From: an uncultured Clostridium sp.
GTDB lineage: Bacteria > Bacillota > Clostridia > TANB77 > CAG-508
Assembly: GCA_900553695.1 (NCBI GenBank)
Contig: USEM01000002.1
Span: 8,471-72,470 of the forward strand
Reading direction: 5' to 3'
DNA length: 64,000 bases
Shown here: positions 19,214-28,275 of the stretch, one piece after another
Numbering within the stretch: the first letter of the stretch is position 1
Layout: each line of letters begins with the position of its first letter
Notes under the pieces: generated by a model
Database searches by the model: none
What the model was told of the DNA's origin: nothing
What the model saw: only the letters and a program-made list of their open reading frames with translations
Program-made: the position numbers and the translations under genes

Positions 19214-19558
19214 ATGAAAGAAGATATTGGGAAAAGAATTTCAGAGCTTCGAAAAAGTATGAATATGAACAAGGAACAGTTCTCAAAATTAATTGGCATT
19301 AGTGGACAATATTTAGGCACAGTTGAAGCAGGTGTTAATGGACTTTCTCTTACATCTTTAATTAGTCTTTGTGAAAAAACAAATACATCTGCAGATTACA
19401 TATTGTTCGGGAAGAAAAGCATAACAGACGAGAACATTATAAACGTTTTTGATAAGATAGACAAATCACAAATTGTTCCTGCTTTTGAAGTTTTAGAAAG
19501 TATTGCTTTATTTATTAAAGCTTATGAGACACAAAAATTAGAAGAAGATGGTGCTTAG
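19214..19558 (+). CDS. XRE-family HTH transcriptional regulator
   Basis: The ORF reads IGKRISELRKSMNMNKEQFSKLIGISGQYLGTVEAG. It is divergent from the regulator/kinase cluster, and a terminator hairpin lies at 19541-19572. Confidence 0.75.
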   Translation: MKEDIGKRISELRKSMNMNKEQFSKLIGISGQYLGTVEAGVNGLSLTSLISLCEKTNTSADYILFGKKSITDENIINVFDKIDKSQIVPAFEVLESIALFIKAYETQKLEEDGA

Positions 19559-19574
19559 ACCATCTTCTTTTTAT

Positions 19575-21053
19575 CTATAATATTATACAAATTAATCCGC
19601 CACTACCTTCATTTACTATTCTTTCTAATGTCTCTTGTAGCTTTCCTTGTGCGTCTTCTGGCATTCTGTATAGTTTGTTTTGCAAACCTTCATTTACAAG
19701 TTCATGTAAGTTCTTGCCAAAAATATTTGATTCCCAGATTTTTGTTGGGTCATTTTCAAATTCTGATAATAGATAATTTACCAACTCTTCAGATTGTTTT
19801 TCACTTCCTACAATTGGAGATACTTCTGTTTCTATGTCTGCTCTTATCATATGTATTGATGGTGCTCTTGCTTTTAGTTTAACACCAAATCTTGAGCCTT
19901 GTTTTACAATTTCTGGTTCATCTAATATTAGTTCTTCCATGCTTGGCATTACAATTCCATAGCCCTTTTGTTTTACTTCTTGTAATGCCATTGAGACTTT
20001 ATCATATTCTTTTTTTACTTTAGATAAGTTATCTATTGTTGCAAATAAGTCTGCCTCGTTGTTCATTTGAATTCCTGTCATTTCTGTTAGTACTTTATAG
20101 AATAGCATATTGTTTAATGAAATTTCTATTGTAACTGTTCCTGTTCCTAAATCTACCCTATCAATTGTTGTTTTTACAATTATATCTGTTTTGCTTATTC
20201 TTGCAACACTTTCATTTATGGTTTTAATTGTGCTTACATCTTTAAATGCATCTTTTATTTCTTTAAACAATTCTTGTCTTAGTTCATTGTCATTATCTAA
20301 GCCATCTATCCAGCTTGGGAAGTTTATGTTTATTCTTTCAATTGGGAATTCATATAGTATTTTTCCAAAGATGTTGTTAATATCTTCATTATTTAAGTTT
20401 GTGCAATCTGTTGGTATTACTGAAACTCCATACTTTTCTTCAAGTTCATTTGCAAGGCTTATAGTTTCGTCTGATGATGGGTTATTTGTGTTTAGCACTA
20501 TTACAAAAGGTTTATTTAGTTCCTTTAATTCATTTACTACTCTACTTTCAGCTTCTACATAATCTTCTCTTGGAATTTCTGTTATGCTTCCATCTGTTGT
20601 AACCAATATTCCTATTGTTGAATGCTCTTGTATTACCTTTCTTGTTCCTATTTCTGCCGCTTCTTCAAAAGGAATTTCCTCATCTGACCATGGCGTTTTT
20701 ACCATTCTTGGTACATCTTCTTCCATATAGCCAAGTGCATTATTTACCAAGTAGCCTACACAGTCTACAAGCCTTGTTTTTAATTCTAGGTTATCTCCTA
20801 TTGTTATTTCAATTGCCTCATTTGGAACAAATTTTGGCTCTGTTGTCATTATTGTTCTTCCAGCAGCACTTTGTGGAAGCTCATCTCTTGCTCTTTCTCT
20901 TTTATAGCTATTTTCAATGTTTGGTATAACTAGTAAGTCCATAAAATTCTTAATAAATGTTGATTTTCCTGTTCTTACTGGACCAACAACACCAACATAT
21001 ATATCACCATCTGTCCTTGCTTTAATGTCTTCATATACTCCCATATTCTCCAT
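19575..21053 (-). CDS. spoIVA: Stage IV sporulation protein A (spore coat morphogenetic ATPase)
   Basis: The ORF starts ...YEDIKARTDGDIYVGVVGPVRTGKSTFIKNFMDLLVIPNI and ends GGLICIIL, typical of SpoIVA. Confidence 0.9.
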   Translation of the reverse strand: MENMGVYEDIKARTDGDIYVGVVGPVRTGKSTFIKNFMDLLVIPNIENSYKRERARDELPQSAAGRTIMTTEPKFVPNEAIEITIGDNLELKTRLVDCVGYLVNNALGYMEEDVPRMVKTPWSDEEIPFEEAAEIGTRKVIQEHSTIGILVTTDGSITEIPREDYVEAESRVVNELKELNKPFVIVLNTNNPSSDETISLANELEEKYGVSVIPTDCTNLNNEDINNIFGKILYEFPIERININFPSWIDGLDNDNELRQELFKEIKDAFKDVSTIKTINESVARISKTDIIVKTTIDRVDLGTGTVTIEISLNNMLFYKVLTEMTGIQMNNEADLFATIDNLSKVKKEYDKVSMALQEVKQKGYGIVMPSMEELILDEPEIVKQGSRFGVKLKARAPSIHMIRADIETEVSPIVGSEKQSEELVNYLLSEFENDPTKIWESNIFGKNLHELVNEGLQNKLYRMPEDAQGKLQETLERIVNEGSGGLICIIL

Positions 21054-21128
21054 AAAAATAATTACCTCCCATAATTTAACGTTTGTACTAAACTTTAATT
21101 AATGTATATTATGGTAAGGTAATTATTA

Positions 21129-21266
21129 TTACTGTTTTTTTGAAATTTTAGTTATATTTTCCATCTTTTCTGCCTGCTCTTTTTGCTTTTCTATTGGTAG
21201 CCAATGATAGGCTGAGCAGACGAATTCGCCGTATTTTGTAGTATTTTTCTTCTTTTTCTCTTTCAT
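21129..21266 (-). CDS. Possible 45-aa basic small protein
   Basis: An agaggtg RBS lies 5 nt before the ATG. The ORF reads MKEKKKKNTTKYGEFVCSAYHWLPIEKQKEQAEKMENITKISKKQ. It falls below the ORF-track cutoff. Confidence 0.3.
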   Translation of the reverse strand: MKEKKKKNTTKYGEFVCSAYHWLPIEKQKEQAEKMENITKISKKQ

Positions 21267-21326
21267 ATGAACACCTCTATAAGTTATATTATTTGTGTTC
21301 ATATTATTTTATATACATAAAGCTAA

Positions 21327-21980
21327 CTACATTTTTCTAAATACTCCGGCAACTCTTCCTAGTATTTTACAGTCTGGAACTATTATTGGATCCATTGTAC
21401 TGTTTTCTGGTTGAAGACGTATATGATCTTTTTCTTTATAAAAAGTTTTTACTGTTGCTTCTTCTCCTATTAATGCAACAACTATTTCCCCATTCATTGC
21501 TATATCTTGTTTTTTTACTAATATATAATCTCCATCTAATATTCCTGCTTCTATCATGCTTTCTCCTCTAACTGTAAGCATGAAGCTTTCGCTGTTTCCA
21601 ATAAAATCTACTGGAATTGGGAACGTATCTGTAATATTTTCAACTGCTAAAATTGGTGCTCCTGCTGTTATTTTTCCTATAACTGGTACATCAACTAGCT
21701 CTTTTCCGTTATATACTGGTTTTTCTTGTATTTTTTCTTGTCCTTCTAAACCACCTTTTAATAGTTTTAAAGTTCTTCCCTTTTGGTCTTCTTTTTTAAT
21801 ATATCCTTTTTTTGCTAGACCTTGAATATATGTGTGTACTGTAGCTGTAGAGCTTAAGCCTACTGCTTTTCCTATTTCTCTAACTGATGGTGGATATCCG
21901 TTTTCCATAACGGCTTTTTCTATATATTTTAATATAGCTTTTTCTCTCTTATTTAATTCGTTTGGGTCCTTTTTTCTCAT
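21327..21980 (-). CDS. lexA: LexA repressor
   Basis: The ORF has a winged-helix N-terminus (GYPPSVREIGKAVGLSSTATVHTYI), the cleavage region (VIGKITAGAP) and the S24 peptidase motifs (GESM...GDYILV...NGEIVVA). Confidence 0.9.
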   Translation of the reverse strand: MRKKDPNELNKREKAILKYIEKAVMENGYPPSVREIGKAVGLSSTATVHTYIQGLAKKGYIKKEDQKGRTLKLLKGGLEGQEKIQEKPVYNGKELVDVPVIGKITAGAPILAVENITDTFPIPVDFIGNSESFMLTVRGESMIEAGILDGDYILVKKQDIAMNGEIVVALIGEEATVKTFYKEKDHIRLQPENSTMDPIIVPDCKILGRVAGVFRKM

Positions 21981-22014
21981 ATGCTATCCTCTCCCTTTAA
22001 AAATATTTGCTACT

Positions 22015-22043
22015 ATATTATCACATAAATTACTAATTGTCAA
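22015..22043 (-). promoter_or_regulatory. lexA promoter, with a possible degenerate SOS-box overlapping the -35
   Basis: On the minus strand: TTGACA (22038-22043), a 17-nt spacer, then TAATAT (22015-22020). The palindrome AAACnnnnGTTT at 22042-22053 abuts the -35. It differs from the Firmicute GAAC-N4-GTTC consensus at the outer positions. Confidence 0.5.
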
Positions 22044-22101
22044 ACAAAAGTTTTAATTTTTATTGTTTTTTTGTAAATTTTTATTTTTTTATGAATTTGT
22101 C

Positions 22102-22130
22102 TTGACAAAATGATTTTTATGTAGTAATAT
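22102..22130 (+). promoter_or_regulatory. Promoter of the putative antitoxin sRNA
   Basis: TTGACA (22102-22107), a 17-nt spacer, then TAATAT (22125-22130). Confidence 0.6.
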
Positions 22131-22136
22131 ATATGT

Positions 22137-22207
22137 AGTGTAAGCGAATTATCGTTTATTAAGAAGTCATATTCACAATAGGTATTCCCAATGCCTATTG
22201 TTTTTTT
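22137..22207 (+). ncRNA. Putative type I antitoxin sRNA (~70 nt, par RNA II-like)
   Basis: A promoter lies upstream. A 16-nt block, aagaagtcatattcac (22161-22176), is the reverse complement of the toxin start region. The terminator hairpin caataggta/tgcctattg plus T7 spans 22176-22207. Confidence 0.6.
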
Positions 22208-22210
22208 ATG

Positions 22211-22242
22211 CTAAAAAAGTAGTAGCTTCCCACACTACTACT
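22211..22242 (-). terminator. Terminator of the toxin mRNA, back-to-back with the sRNA terminator
   Basis: Stem agtagta/tactact with a 10-nt loop, followed on the minus strand by tttttt. Confidence 0.6.
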
Positions 22243-22263
22243 CCGATTATGTATGTTTCCACA

Positions 22264-22347
22264 CTAATCTTTTTGGTCATTATCTTTATCTTTGTTTTGT
22301 CCCAAAATTAGAACAATTAGGAAAAAGATTAAATCAAAAGAAGTCAT
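22264..22347 (-). CDS. Putative type I toxin, a 27-aa hydrophobic peptide with a charged tail (Fst/Ldr-like)
   Basis: A gagaggaggtg RBS precedes the ATG. The ORF reads MTSFDLIFFLIVLILGQNKDKDNDQKD. The promoter on the minus strand is TTGAAA, 17 nt, TATAAT (22379-22407). Confidence 0.6.
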   Translation of the reverse strand: MTSFDLIFFLIVLILGQNKDKDNDQKD

Positions 22348-22378
22348 ATTCACCTCCTCTCTGAAAGGCGGTGCTCAT

Positions 22379-22407
22379 ATTATATAATATTATTTTTTCT
22401 TTTTCAA
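22379..22407 (-). promoter_or_regulatory. Promoter of the toxin mRNA
   Basis: On the minus strand: TTGAAA (22402-22407), a 17-nt spacer, then TATAAT (22379-22384). Confidence 0.55.
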
Positions 22408-22416
22408 GTCTTTTTG

Positions 22417-25400
22417 TCAATTTTTTGCAAGTTTCATTGAAAGTAGTTTACTTATTCCACTTTCTTCCATTGTTATTCCATATACTGTGTCTGCTGCTTC
22501 CATTGTTCCTTTTCTGTGTGTTATTACTAAAAATTGTGTTTGTGAAGTGAATTTCTTTAAGTATTCTGCAAATCTATATACGTTTACATCATCTAATGCT
22601 GCTTCTATTTCATCTAGTACACAGAATGGTGCTGGGTTTATTTTTAATATTGCAAAAAGTAGTGCTATTGCTGTAAATGCTCTTTCTCCTCCTGATAATA
22701 AGCTCATGTTTTGAAGTTTCTTTCCTGGTGGTTGAACTTCTATTTCTATTCCGCAGTTTAGTATGTCATTTTCATCTGTTAATTTTAATTCTGCCTTTCC
22801 TCCACCAAATAGTTCTTGGAATACTTCTCCAAAGTTTTTATTTATTACTTTGAATTGTGTTTCAAATTGTTCCTTCATTATTTTTGTCATGTCTTGTATT
22901 ATTTTTTTTAGTTTACTGCTTGCATTTTCTAGGTCTAAACGTTGTTCACACATATAGTCGTATCTTTCTTTTGTTTGTTTGTATTCCTCTATTGAGTCTA
23001 TATTGATACTGCCAAGATTTTTAATTTCATCTCTTAAACCTTTTACTTGTTTTGTTGTTTCTGCAATATTATTTGGTTTTTTATACTCTCCTGCTGTGTT
23101 TGGTGTTATTTCATAGTCTTCCCACATTTTGTTTATTATTTGCTCAAGTTCAACATCTATTTTAGATTTTTTAACTTCTAATTTATTTGCTTGATTTTTT
23201 ATTTCTTCTATTATGCTATATTTTTCTTCTATTTCGTTTTCAGTTTTTGTTATGGCATTATTTTTATTTATCTTTTCTTGTTTTAATTTTTCTACTGTAT
23301 CTGAACTTGTGCTTACTTCTAATTTGATTTGTTCTATTTGCTTTTTATATTCTTCTATTGCATTTGCAAGTAGCTCATTCTCTTTTAAACATGATTCACT
23401 TTGTGCTTTTTTGCTTGCTATTTTGCTTACATTTCCTTCTATTTCTGCATCTATTCTTGCAAGTATCTCTTCTAATGAGTTATTGCTTTCATCGAATGAA
23501 CTTACTGATATTTTTAAGTTTGTTATATCAAAGTTTAAATCATCTATGTATTTCTGATTTTCTTTATTCTTCTCTGCAAAGCATTGAATTTCTTGATTTA
23601 AGCTGTTTGTTTCTTCTTCTAAGTTTAATGAATTTTGTTTTATTTCTGCTTTTTCTGTTTCGTTACTTTCTATAGTTTTTTCTATTTCTGCTGTTTCATT
23701 CTTTAACTTTTGTAGCTTTGCTTCTAAGCTTGATATTGCTTCTTCTAGTGTTTCTATTCTTTGCTTTTCTGTTGCATATTCTATTTCTATTTCTTGGCTT
23801 GTTTGTTCTATATTTGTAACTTCCTCAAGTAGGTCTTCTATTGATGTTTCATATTCTTCTTTTTCATTAGCGATTTTTTCAATTTCTTTATTAATTTTTT
23901 CAATTTCTTTTTCTAATTCTTTTATTTGATTTGTTCTTCCTATTATACTTGTTGTTTTTTGTGTTGTTGAACCACCAGATATTGCTCCACTTGGGTTAAT
24001 TATATCTCCTTTTAGTGTAACTATTTTAAAGCTGTAGTTGTTTTGTCTTGCAAGTACTATTGCTGTATCCATGTCTTCTACAATTACTGTTCTTCCAAGT
24101 AAGTTTGCTACAATACCTTCATACTTTTTATCTGTTTGTATTAGTTTTGCTGCAATGCCTATTACTCCTTGTTTTCCATTTGTTACAAGTCTATCTATTG
24201 TTTTTCCTTTTACTGATGAAATTGGTAAGAATGCTGCTCTTCCTAAGCTGTTTTGTCTTAAATATTCTATTAATTTTTTTGCATCTTCTTCTGTTTCTGT
24301 AACTATGTTTTGCAAAGTTTGACCTAGCACCATTTCAATTGCTGTTTGATATTCTTCCGGAACTGTTATAAGATTTGCTAAAACTCCTTTAACACCTTTG
24401 TTTAGTTTTGCATCTTTTTCACACTCTAAAAGTATTGATTTTACTGCTCTTGAGTAGCCTTCTTTTTCCTTTTCCATTTCGCTTAAGAATTTTTGTTTTG
24501 AATCTTTTATTCTTAGTTCTGTTGTTAGCTTATTTATTTTGTTTTTATATTCTTCTATTTTTGATGTTGCCGCTTCACGTTTTTCCTTTATTTCCTCTAA
24601 TCTATTTTTACATTCACTTCTTCTTAGTTCTTTTTCATTAAATGTTTTTAGAAGGTCAGATTTTATCATTCTTTTTTCATCTAATTTTGATATTGTATCT
24701 TGTATTTCTGTTTTTACTGTTCTTTCACGTTTACTTAAGTTTTCATTGTTTATTTCTATTGTATTTATTTTTTCTCTATTTTCATATTTTACTTCTGTGT
24801 TTTCTTCAACCTTTTTCTTTTTTTCTTCAATTTTCTTTTCTTCTTCTGTAAGTTTGCTTGAAATCTCATTTAGTTTTGCTTCTTTTTCTTCTAGTTCCTT
24901 TGCAAATTTTTCTCTGTTTGCCATTAAATTATCTTTTTTGCTTGTTCTATTTTCCTTTTCTTCTTGTATTTCTTTGTTTCTAGTTTCTAATTCTTCTATC
25001 TCTTTTAAATATGTTTCGCGGTTTTGAAGGTTGTTTGCCATTCTTTCATTTTGAACATTTATTTCAGAATTTATCTGTTCTATTTTCTTTTCACTTTCAA
25101 AACCTAAGTTTTGTGTTTCTTCAATTTTTGCAATTACTTCTTCCAATTCGTTTCTAAGATTTTCTTTTAAATTTTGAAGCACAGAAAGCCTGCTCTCTTC
25201 ATCTGTTTTTTGAGAGTTTATTACATCTATATCTTTCATTAATTCTTCAAGCTTTGTTTTGTATGTGTCAATATTATATAGGAATAGCCCTATTTCTATT
25301 GATTTTAGTTCTTCTCTTAAACTTAAATATTTCTTTGCTTTTTCTGATTGATTTTTTAGTGGTTCAATATTTGCTTCAATTTCTGATAAAATATCATTAA

Positions 25401-25971
25401 TTCTAAGTAAGTTTAGTTTTGTTTGTTCTAGCTTTTTCTCTGCCTCATTCTTTCTTGCTCTGTATTTTACAATACCTGCAGCTTCTTCAAATATGTTTCT
25501 TCTATCTTCAGATTTGTTGCTTAAAATTTCATCTATCTTACCTTGCCCAATTATTGAATATCCATCTTTACCAATACCTGTATCCATAAATAGCTCTAGT
25601 ACATCTTTTAATCTGCATGGTGTTTTGTTTATAAAGTATCCACTTTCCCCGTTTCTAAAAATTCTTCTTGTAACAACCACTTCACCAAATTCAATAGGAA
25701 GTTTTCCATCTGAATTATCTATAACTATAGAAGCTTCTGCAAAACCTAAAGACTTTCTACTTTGTGTTCCTGCAAAAATAATGTCCTCAGATTTGCTACC
25801 TCTTAAAGACTTCATACTTTGCTCTCCAAGAACCCATCTAATACTATCTGAAATATTACTTTTACCAGATCCATTTGGTCCAATAACTGTGGTAATACCA
25901 GGCATAAATTCTAATACTGTTTTATCTGCAAAAGACTTAAACCCTTGCAATTCTAATCTCTTTAAATACAT
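22417..25971 (-). CDS. smc: Chromosome partition protein SMC
   Basis: A 1184-aa ORF with Walker A (GPNGSGKSN), long coiled coils, a hinge, the signature LSGGE and Walker B (FCVLDEIEAALD). Confidence 0.95.
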   Translation of the reverse strand: MYLKRLELQGFKSFADKTVLEFMPGITTVIGPNGSGKSNISDSIRWVLGEQSMKSLRGSKSEDIIFAGTQSRKSLGFAEASIVIDNSDGKLPIEFGEVVVTRRIFRNGESGYFINKTPCRLKDVLELFMDTGIGKDGYSIIGQGKIDEILSNKSEDRRNIFEEAAGIVKYRARKNEAEKKLEQTKLNLLRINDILSEIEANIEPLKNQSEKAKKYLSLREELKSIEIGLFLYNIDTYKTKLEELMKDIDVINSQKTDEESRLSVLQNLKENLRNELEEVIAKIEETQNLGFESEKKIEQINSEINVQNERMANNLQNRETYLKEIEELETRNKEIQEEKENRTSKKDNLMANREKFAKELEEKEAKLNEISSKLTEEEKKIEEKKKKVEENTEVKYENREKINTIEINNENLSKRERTVKTEIQDTISKLDEKRMIKSDLLKTFNEKELRRSECKNRLEEIKEKREAATSKIEEYKNKINKLTTELRIKDSKQKFLSEMEKEKEGYSRAVKSILLECEKDAKLNKGVKGVLANLITVPEEYQTAIEMVLGQTLQNIVTETEEDAKKLIEYLRQNSLGRAAFLPISSVKGKTIDRLVTNGKQGVIGIAAKLIQTDKKYEGIVANLLGRTVIVEDMDTAIVLARQNNYSFKIVTLKGDIINPSGAISGGSTTQKTTSIIGRTNQIKELEKEIEKINKEIEKIANEKEEYETSIEDLLEEVTNIEQTSQEIEIEYATEKQRIETLEEAISSLEAKLQKLKNETAEIEKTIESNETEKAEIKQNSLNLEEETNSLNQEIQCFAEKNKENQKYIDDLNFDITNLKISVSSFDESNNSLEEILARIDAEIEGNVSKIASKKAQSESCLKENELLANAIEEYKKQIEQIKLEVSTSSDTVEKLKQEKINKNNAITKTENEIEEKYSIIEEIKNQANKLEVKKSKIDVELEQIINKMWEDYEITPNTAGEYKKPNNIAETTKQVKGLRDEIKNLGSINIDSIEEYKQTKERYDYMCEQRLDLENASSKLKKIIQDMTKIMKEQFETQFKVINKNFGEVFQELFGGGKAELKLTDENDILNCGIEIEVQPPGKKLQNMSLLSGGERAFTAIALLFAILKINPAPFCVLDEIEAALDDVNVYRFAEYLKKFTSQTQFLVITHRKGTMEAADTVYGITMEESGISKLLSMKLAKN

Positions 25972-26046
25972 CTAAAAATCCCCTTTTCTCTCGATTTTAA
26001 TATAATATATCAAAAGTCGAAAATAGTCAAGAAAAAGGGACAAAAC

Positions 26047-26081
26047 TATAAAAAAATCCACGAAGAATTCTTCGTGGATTT
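26047..26081 (-). terminator. Terminator downstream of the 26.1-26.4 kb gene
   Basis: A perfect palindrome aaatccacgaagaattcttcgtggattt, followed on the minus strand by a T run. Confidence 0.65.
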
Positions 26082-26094
26082 GCCGAGAAAATGT

Positions 26095-26409
26095 TTACTT
26101 CTTGATGTTGATTGAAATGCAGCCTCTGTCATCTCTTTCAAAGACATAGCCCTTTTCTTCTGCTTCTGCCTGTGCTTGTGAATGTAACGAAAATACATGG
26201 TCTCCCTTTTTATCATAAAGATAGATTGGGAAACTGAATTCGCTATTCACATACTTGTTGATGGCTTTGAAAATCTGCTCTTTGGTCTCTCCATAGTCCG
26301 GAATGTCACGGAACTTCCGGTCACGAAATTCCTTAGCTTCTTCTACTGACAGAATTTCCTGAAACTTTTTGGGAATTTGCTGGTCTTCTTTCTTAGTGTT
26401 TTTAAACAT
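26095..26409 (-). CDS. Hypothetical 104-aa protein, visibly GC-richer with non-native codon usage
   Basis: The ORF is uninterrupted and uses cgt, gac, ttc and ccg codons. It has an in-frame CGG at 26317-26319 (codon 31). Confidence 0.55.
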   Translation of the reverse strand: MFKNTKKEDQQIPKKFQEILSVEEAKEFRDRKFRDIPDYGETKEQIFKAINKYVNSEFSFPIYLYDKKGDHVFSLHSQAQAEAEEKGYVFERDDRGCISINIKK

Positions 26410-26638
26410 ATCATTTTCCCCTTTATATTTTTATTTACATGCTAAATGCATGCAACTTGATTATTATAACATGTTTACATAATTCCCGCAAGTGTTTTTT
26501 TAAAACTTTTTTCATTTTATTAATAATTTCTTAATTTCTGCATATCATATTTTTACTGCTAGTAAATATTTACTTTTGTGTTTCTGTAATTTTCTAGTTT
26601 GTAATGCTATATTCAAAACGAATAAGGAGGAATAATAT

Positions 26639-26962
26639 ATGAAACTTAATTATAGTATTATAGGTATGAGATTAAAGCAAGCAAGGCTTGATAAAAAAAT
26701 AACACAAGAAAAATTAGCTGAAATGCTTGATGTTTCAGTTGCTTACATTAGTAGAGTTGAATGTGGCTCTACAGAAATTAATATGAAAAGACTAGCAGAA
26801 ATATGTGGCTTATTAGATGTTTCCTTAAGTTATGTACTTGAGGATATTTCACCTACTTCTTCTGCTTATTTAAATACAGCATTTACGGATTTACTAAAAA
26901 ATTGTCCACCAGAAAAAATTGATTTGATTTATAAAATTGCAAAAATAATTGTAGAAAATTAA
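26639..26962 (+). CDS. XRE-family HTH transcriptional regulator
   Basis: The ORF reads IGMRLKQARLDKKITQEKLAEMLDVSVAYISRVECG, with an aggagg RBS. Confidence 0.75.
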   Translation: MKLNYSIIGMRLKQARLDKKITQEKLAEMLDVSVAYISRVECGSTEINMKRLAEICGLLDVSLSYVLEDISPTSSAYLNTAFTDLLKNCPPEKIDLIYKIAKIIVEN

Positions 26963-26998
26963 ATTTATTATCTGGTTAAATTATTTAAGAATACTAAG

Positions 26999-27141
26999 TA
27001 GCCCAACGCAGGGGTTATATATTTTTTTCGAAAGAAAAGAATCGAAGAGCCAACGGCTTCACTCGTGACCCTCGTAGCCATTTCGATTTTTTCTTGAGAA
27101 CAAAACATATATAACCTAAGGCGAGATTGGGCGGTTTTTCA
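26999..27141. repeat. ~140-nt GC-richer imperfect palindrome (long interrupted hairpin)
   Basis: The arms gcccaa..ggttatatat..gaaaagaatcgaa and ttcgattttttc..atatataacc..ttgggc pair around a ~35-nt GC-rich centre. Confidence 0.5.
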
Positions 27142-27252
27142 TATGTAAACTAAATTACAATTAATTTTATGTAAATTTTGCCAATTCTCTTCCTTTTTTA
27201 TGCTTTTTATAGTATAATGGTTAAGGAAGAGATTTTTTAGGAGGTAAAATTT

Positions 27253-28152
27253 ATGCAAATAGTTTTATTAATAATTTTATTACTATTATTATTTATAGCA
27301 ATTAAGTCTATTAAAATCGTAAGACAAGCTGAAGTTTACATTATTGAAAGATTAGGTAGATTTCATAAAATAGCAGATGCAGGACTTACAATTATTATTC
27401 CTTTTGTTGACCACGTTCGTAGTGTTGTAAGTTTAAAAGAACAAACTCTTGATGTTCCACCTCAAGGAGTTATTACAGAAGATAATGTTACAATGACAAT
27501 AGATACTGTTGTGTTCTATCAAATAACAGATCCAGCTAAGGCAGTATATGAAATTCAATCTTTAAGAAGAGGTATTGAATACTTAGCTATTACAACTATT
27601 CGTGATATTGTTGGTAAAATGGATTTAGACTCAACATTTAGTTCTCGTGATTTAATAAATAACCAATTAAGAGTATTATTAAATGAAGCGACTAGTAAAT
27701 GGGGTTGTAAAGTAAATCGTGTTGAAGTTAAAGATATTACACCTCCTGCAGACATTCGTGATGCAATGGAAAAACAAATGAATGCAGAGAGAAATAAAAG
27801 AGCTGCAATTTTACAAGCTGAAGGTGAAAAACAAGCTGCTATAACACTTGCAGAAGGTCAAAAACAAGCTGCTATATTACAAGCTGAAGCTGATAAAGAA
27901 GCTCAAATAAGAAGAGCTGCCGGTGAAGCTGAAGCAATTCGTGAAGTTGCTGTTGCAAAAGCTCAAGAAATTCAAATGATTTATGAATCAATTAAGAAAT
28001 CTAACCCAGATGATAAATTAATTCAATTAAAATCATTAGAAGCTTTACAAGAAATTGCAAAAGGAGATGCTAACAAAGTATTTATTCCTTTCGAAGCAAC
28101 AAATGCTTTATCTAGCCTAGGAGCTTTAAAAGAAGTTGTTAAAGATAAATAA
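27253..28152 (+). CDS. SPFH/band-7 (stomatin/slipin-like) membrane protein
   Basis: An N-terminal TM segment, an SPFH core (IVRQAEVYIIERLGRFHK...PPQGVITEDNV) and an Ala/Glu/Gln-rich coiled tail. Confidence 0.85.
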   Translation: MQIVLLIILLLLLFIAIKSIKIVRQAEVYIIERLGRFHKIADAGLTIIIPFVDHVRSVVSLKEQTLDVPPQGVITEDNVTMTIDTVVFYQITDPAKAVYEIQSLRRGIEYLAITTIRDIVGKMDLDSTFSSRDLINNQLRVLLNEATSKWGCKVNRVEVKDITPPADIRDAMEKQMNAERNKRAAILQAEGEKQAAITLAEGQKQAAILQAEADKEAQIRRAAGEAEAIREVAVAKAQEIQMIYESIKKSNPDDKLIQLKSLEALQEIAKGDANKVFIPFEATNALSSLGALKEVVKDK

Positions 28153-28275
28153 TTCATTTCAGATGTGCTAAAATTAAGCACATCTTTTTTTATTTTTGCC
28201 TCGATTTTCATTGACAAAACTCCCCTTTTGTTATATTATCTATTCATAATTAATTTAAATTTTTAGGAGGTTTTT

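Noticed and set aside
23200-25400. Repetitive-looking short periodic sequence in the smc coiled-coil region could be a tandem repeat or a CRISPR-like array.
   Set aside because: There are no exact repeat units or spacers. The periodicity reflects GAA/AAA/GAG-rich heptad coding on the opposite strand.
22487-25975. Many 60-160-aa plus-strand ORFs lie inside smc, and similar antisense ORFs lie inside pgi, spoIVA, ftsY, prkC, pilus genes and others. They are Phe/Leu/Ser/Ile-rich.
   Set aside because: These are shadow ORFs on the strand opposite Lys/Glu-rich AT-rich coding sequence. They have no RBS and low-complexity composition, and they are fully contained in well-supported genes.
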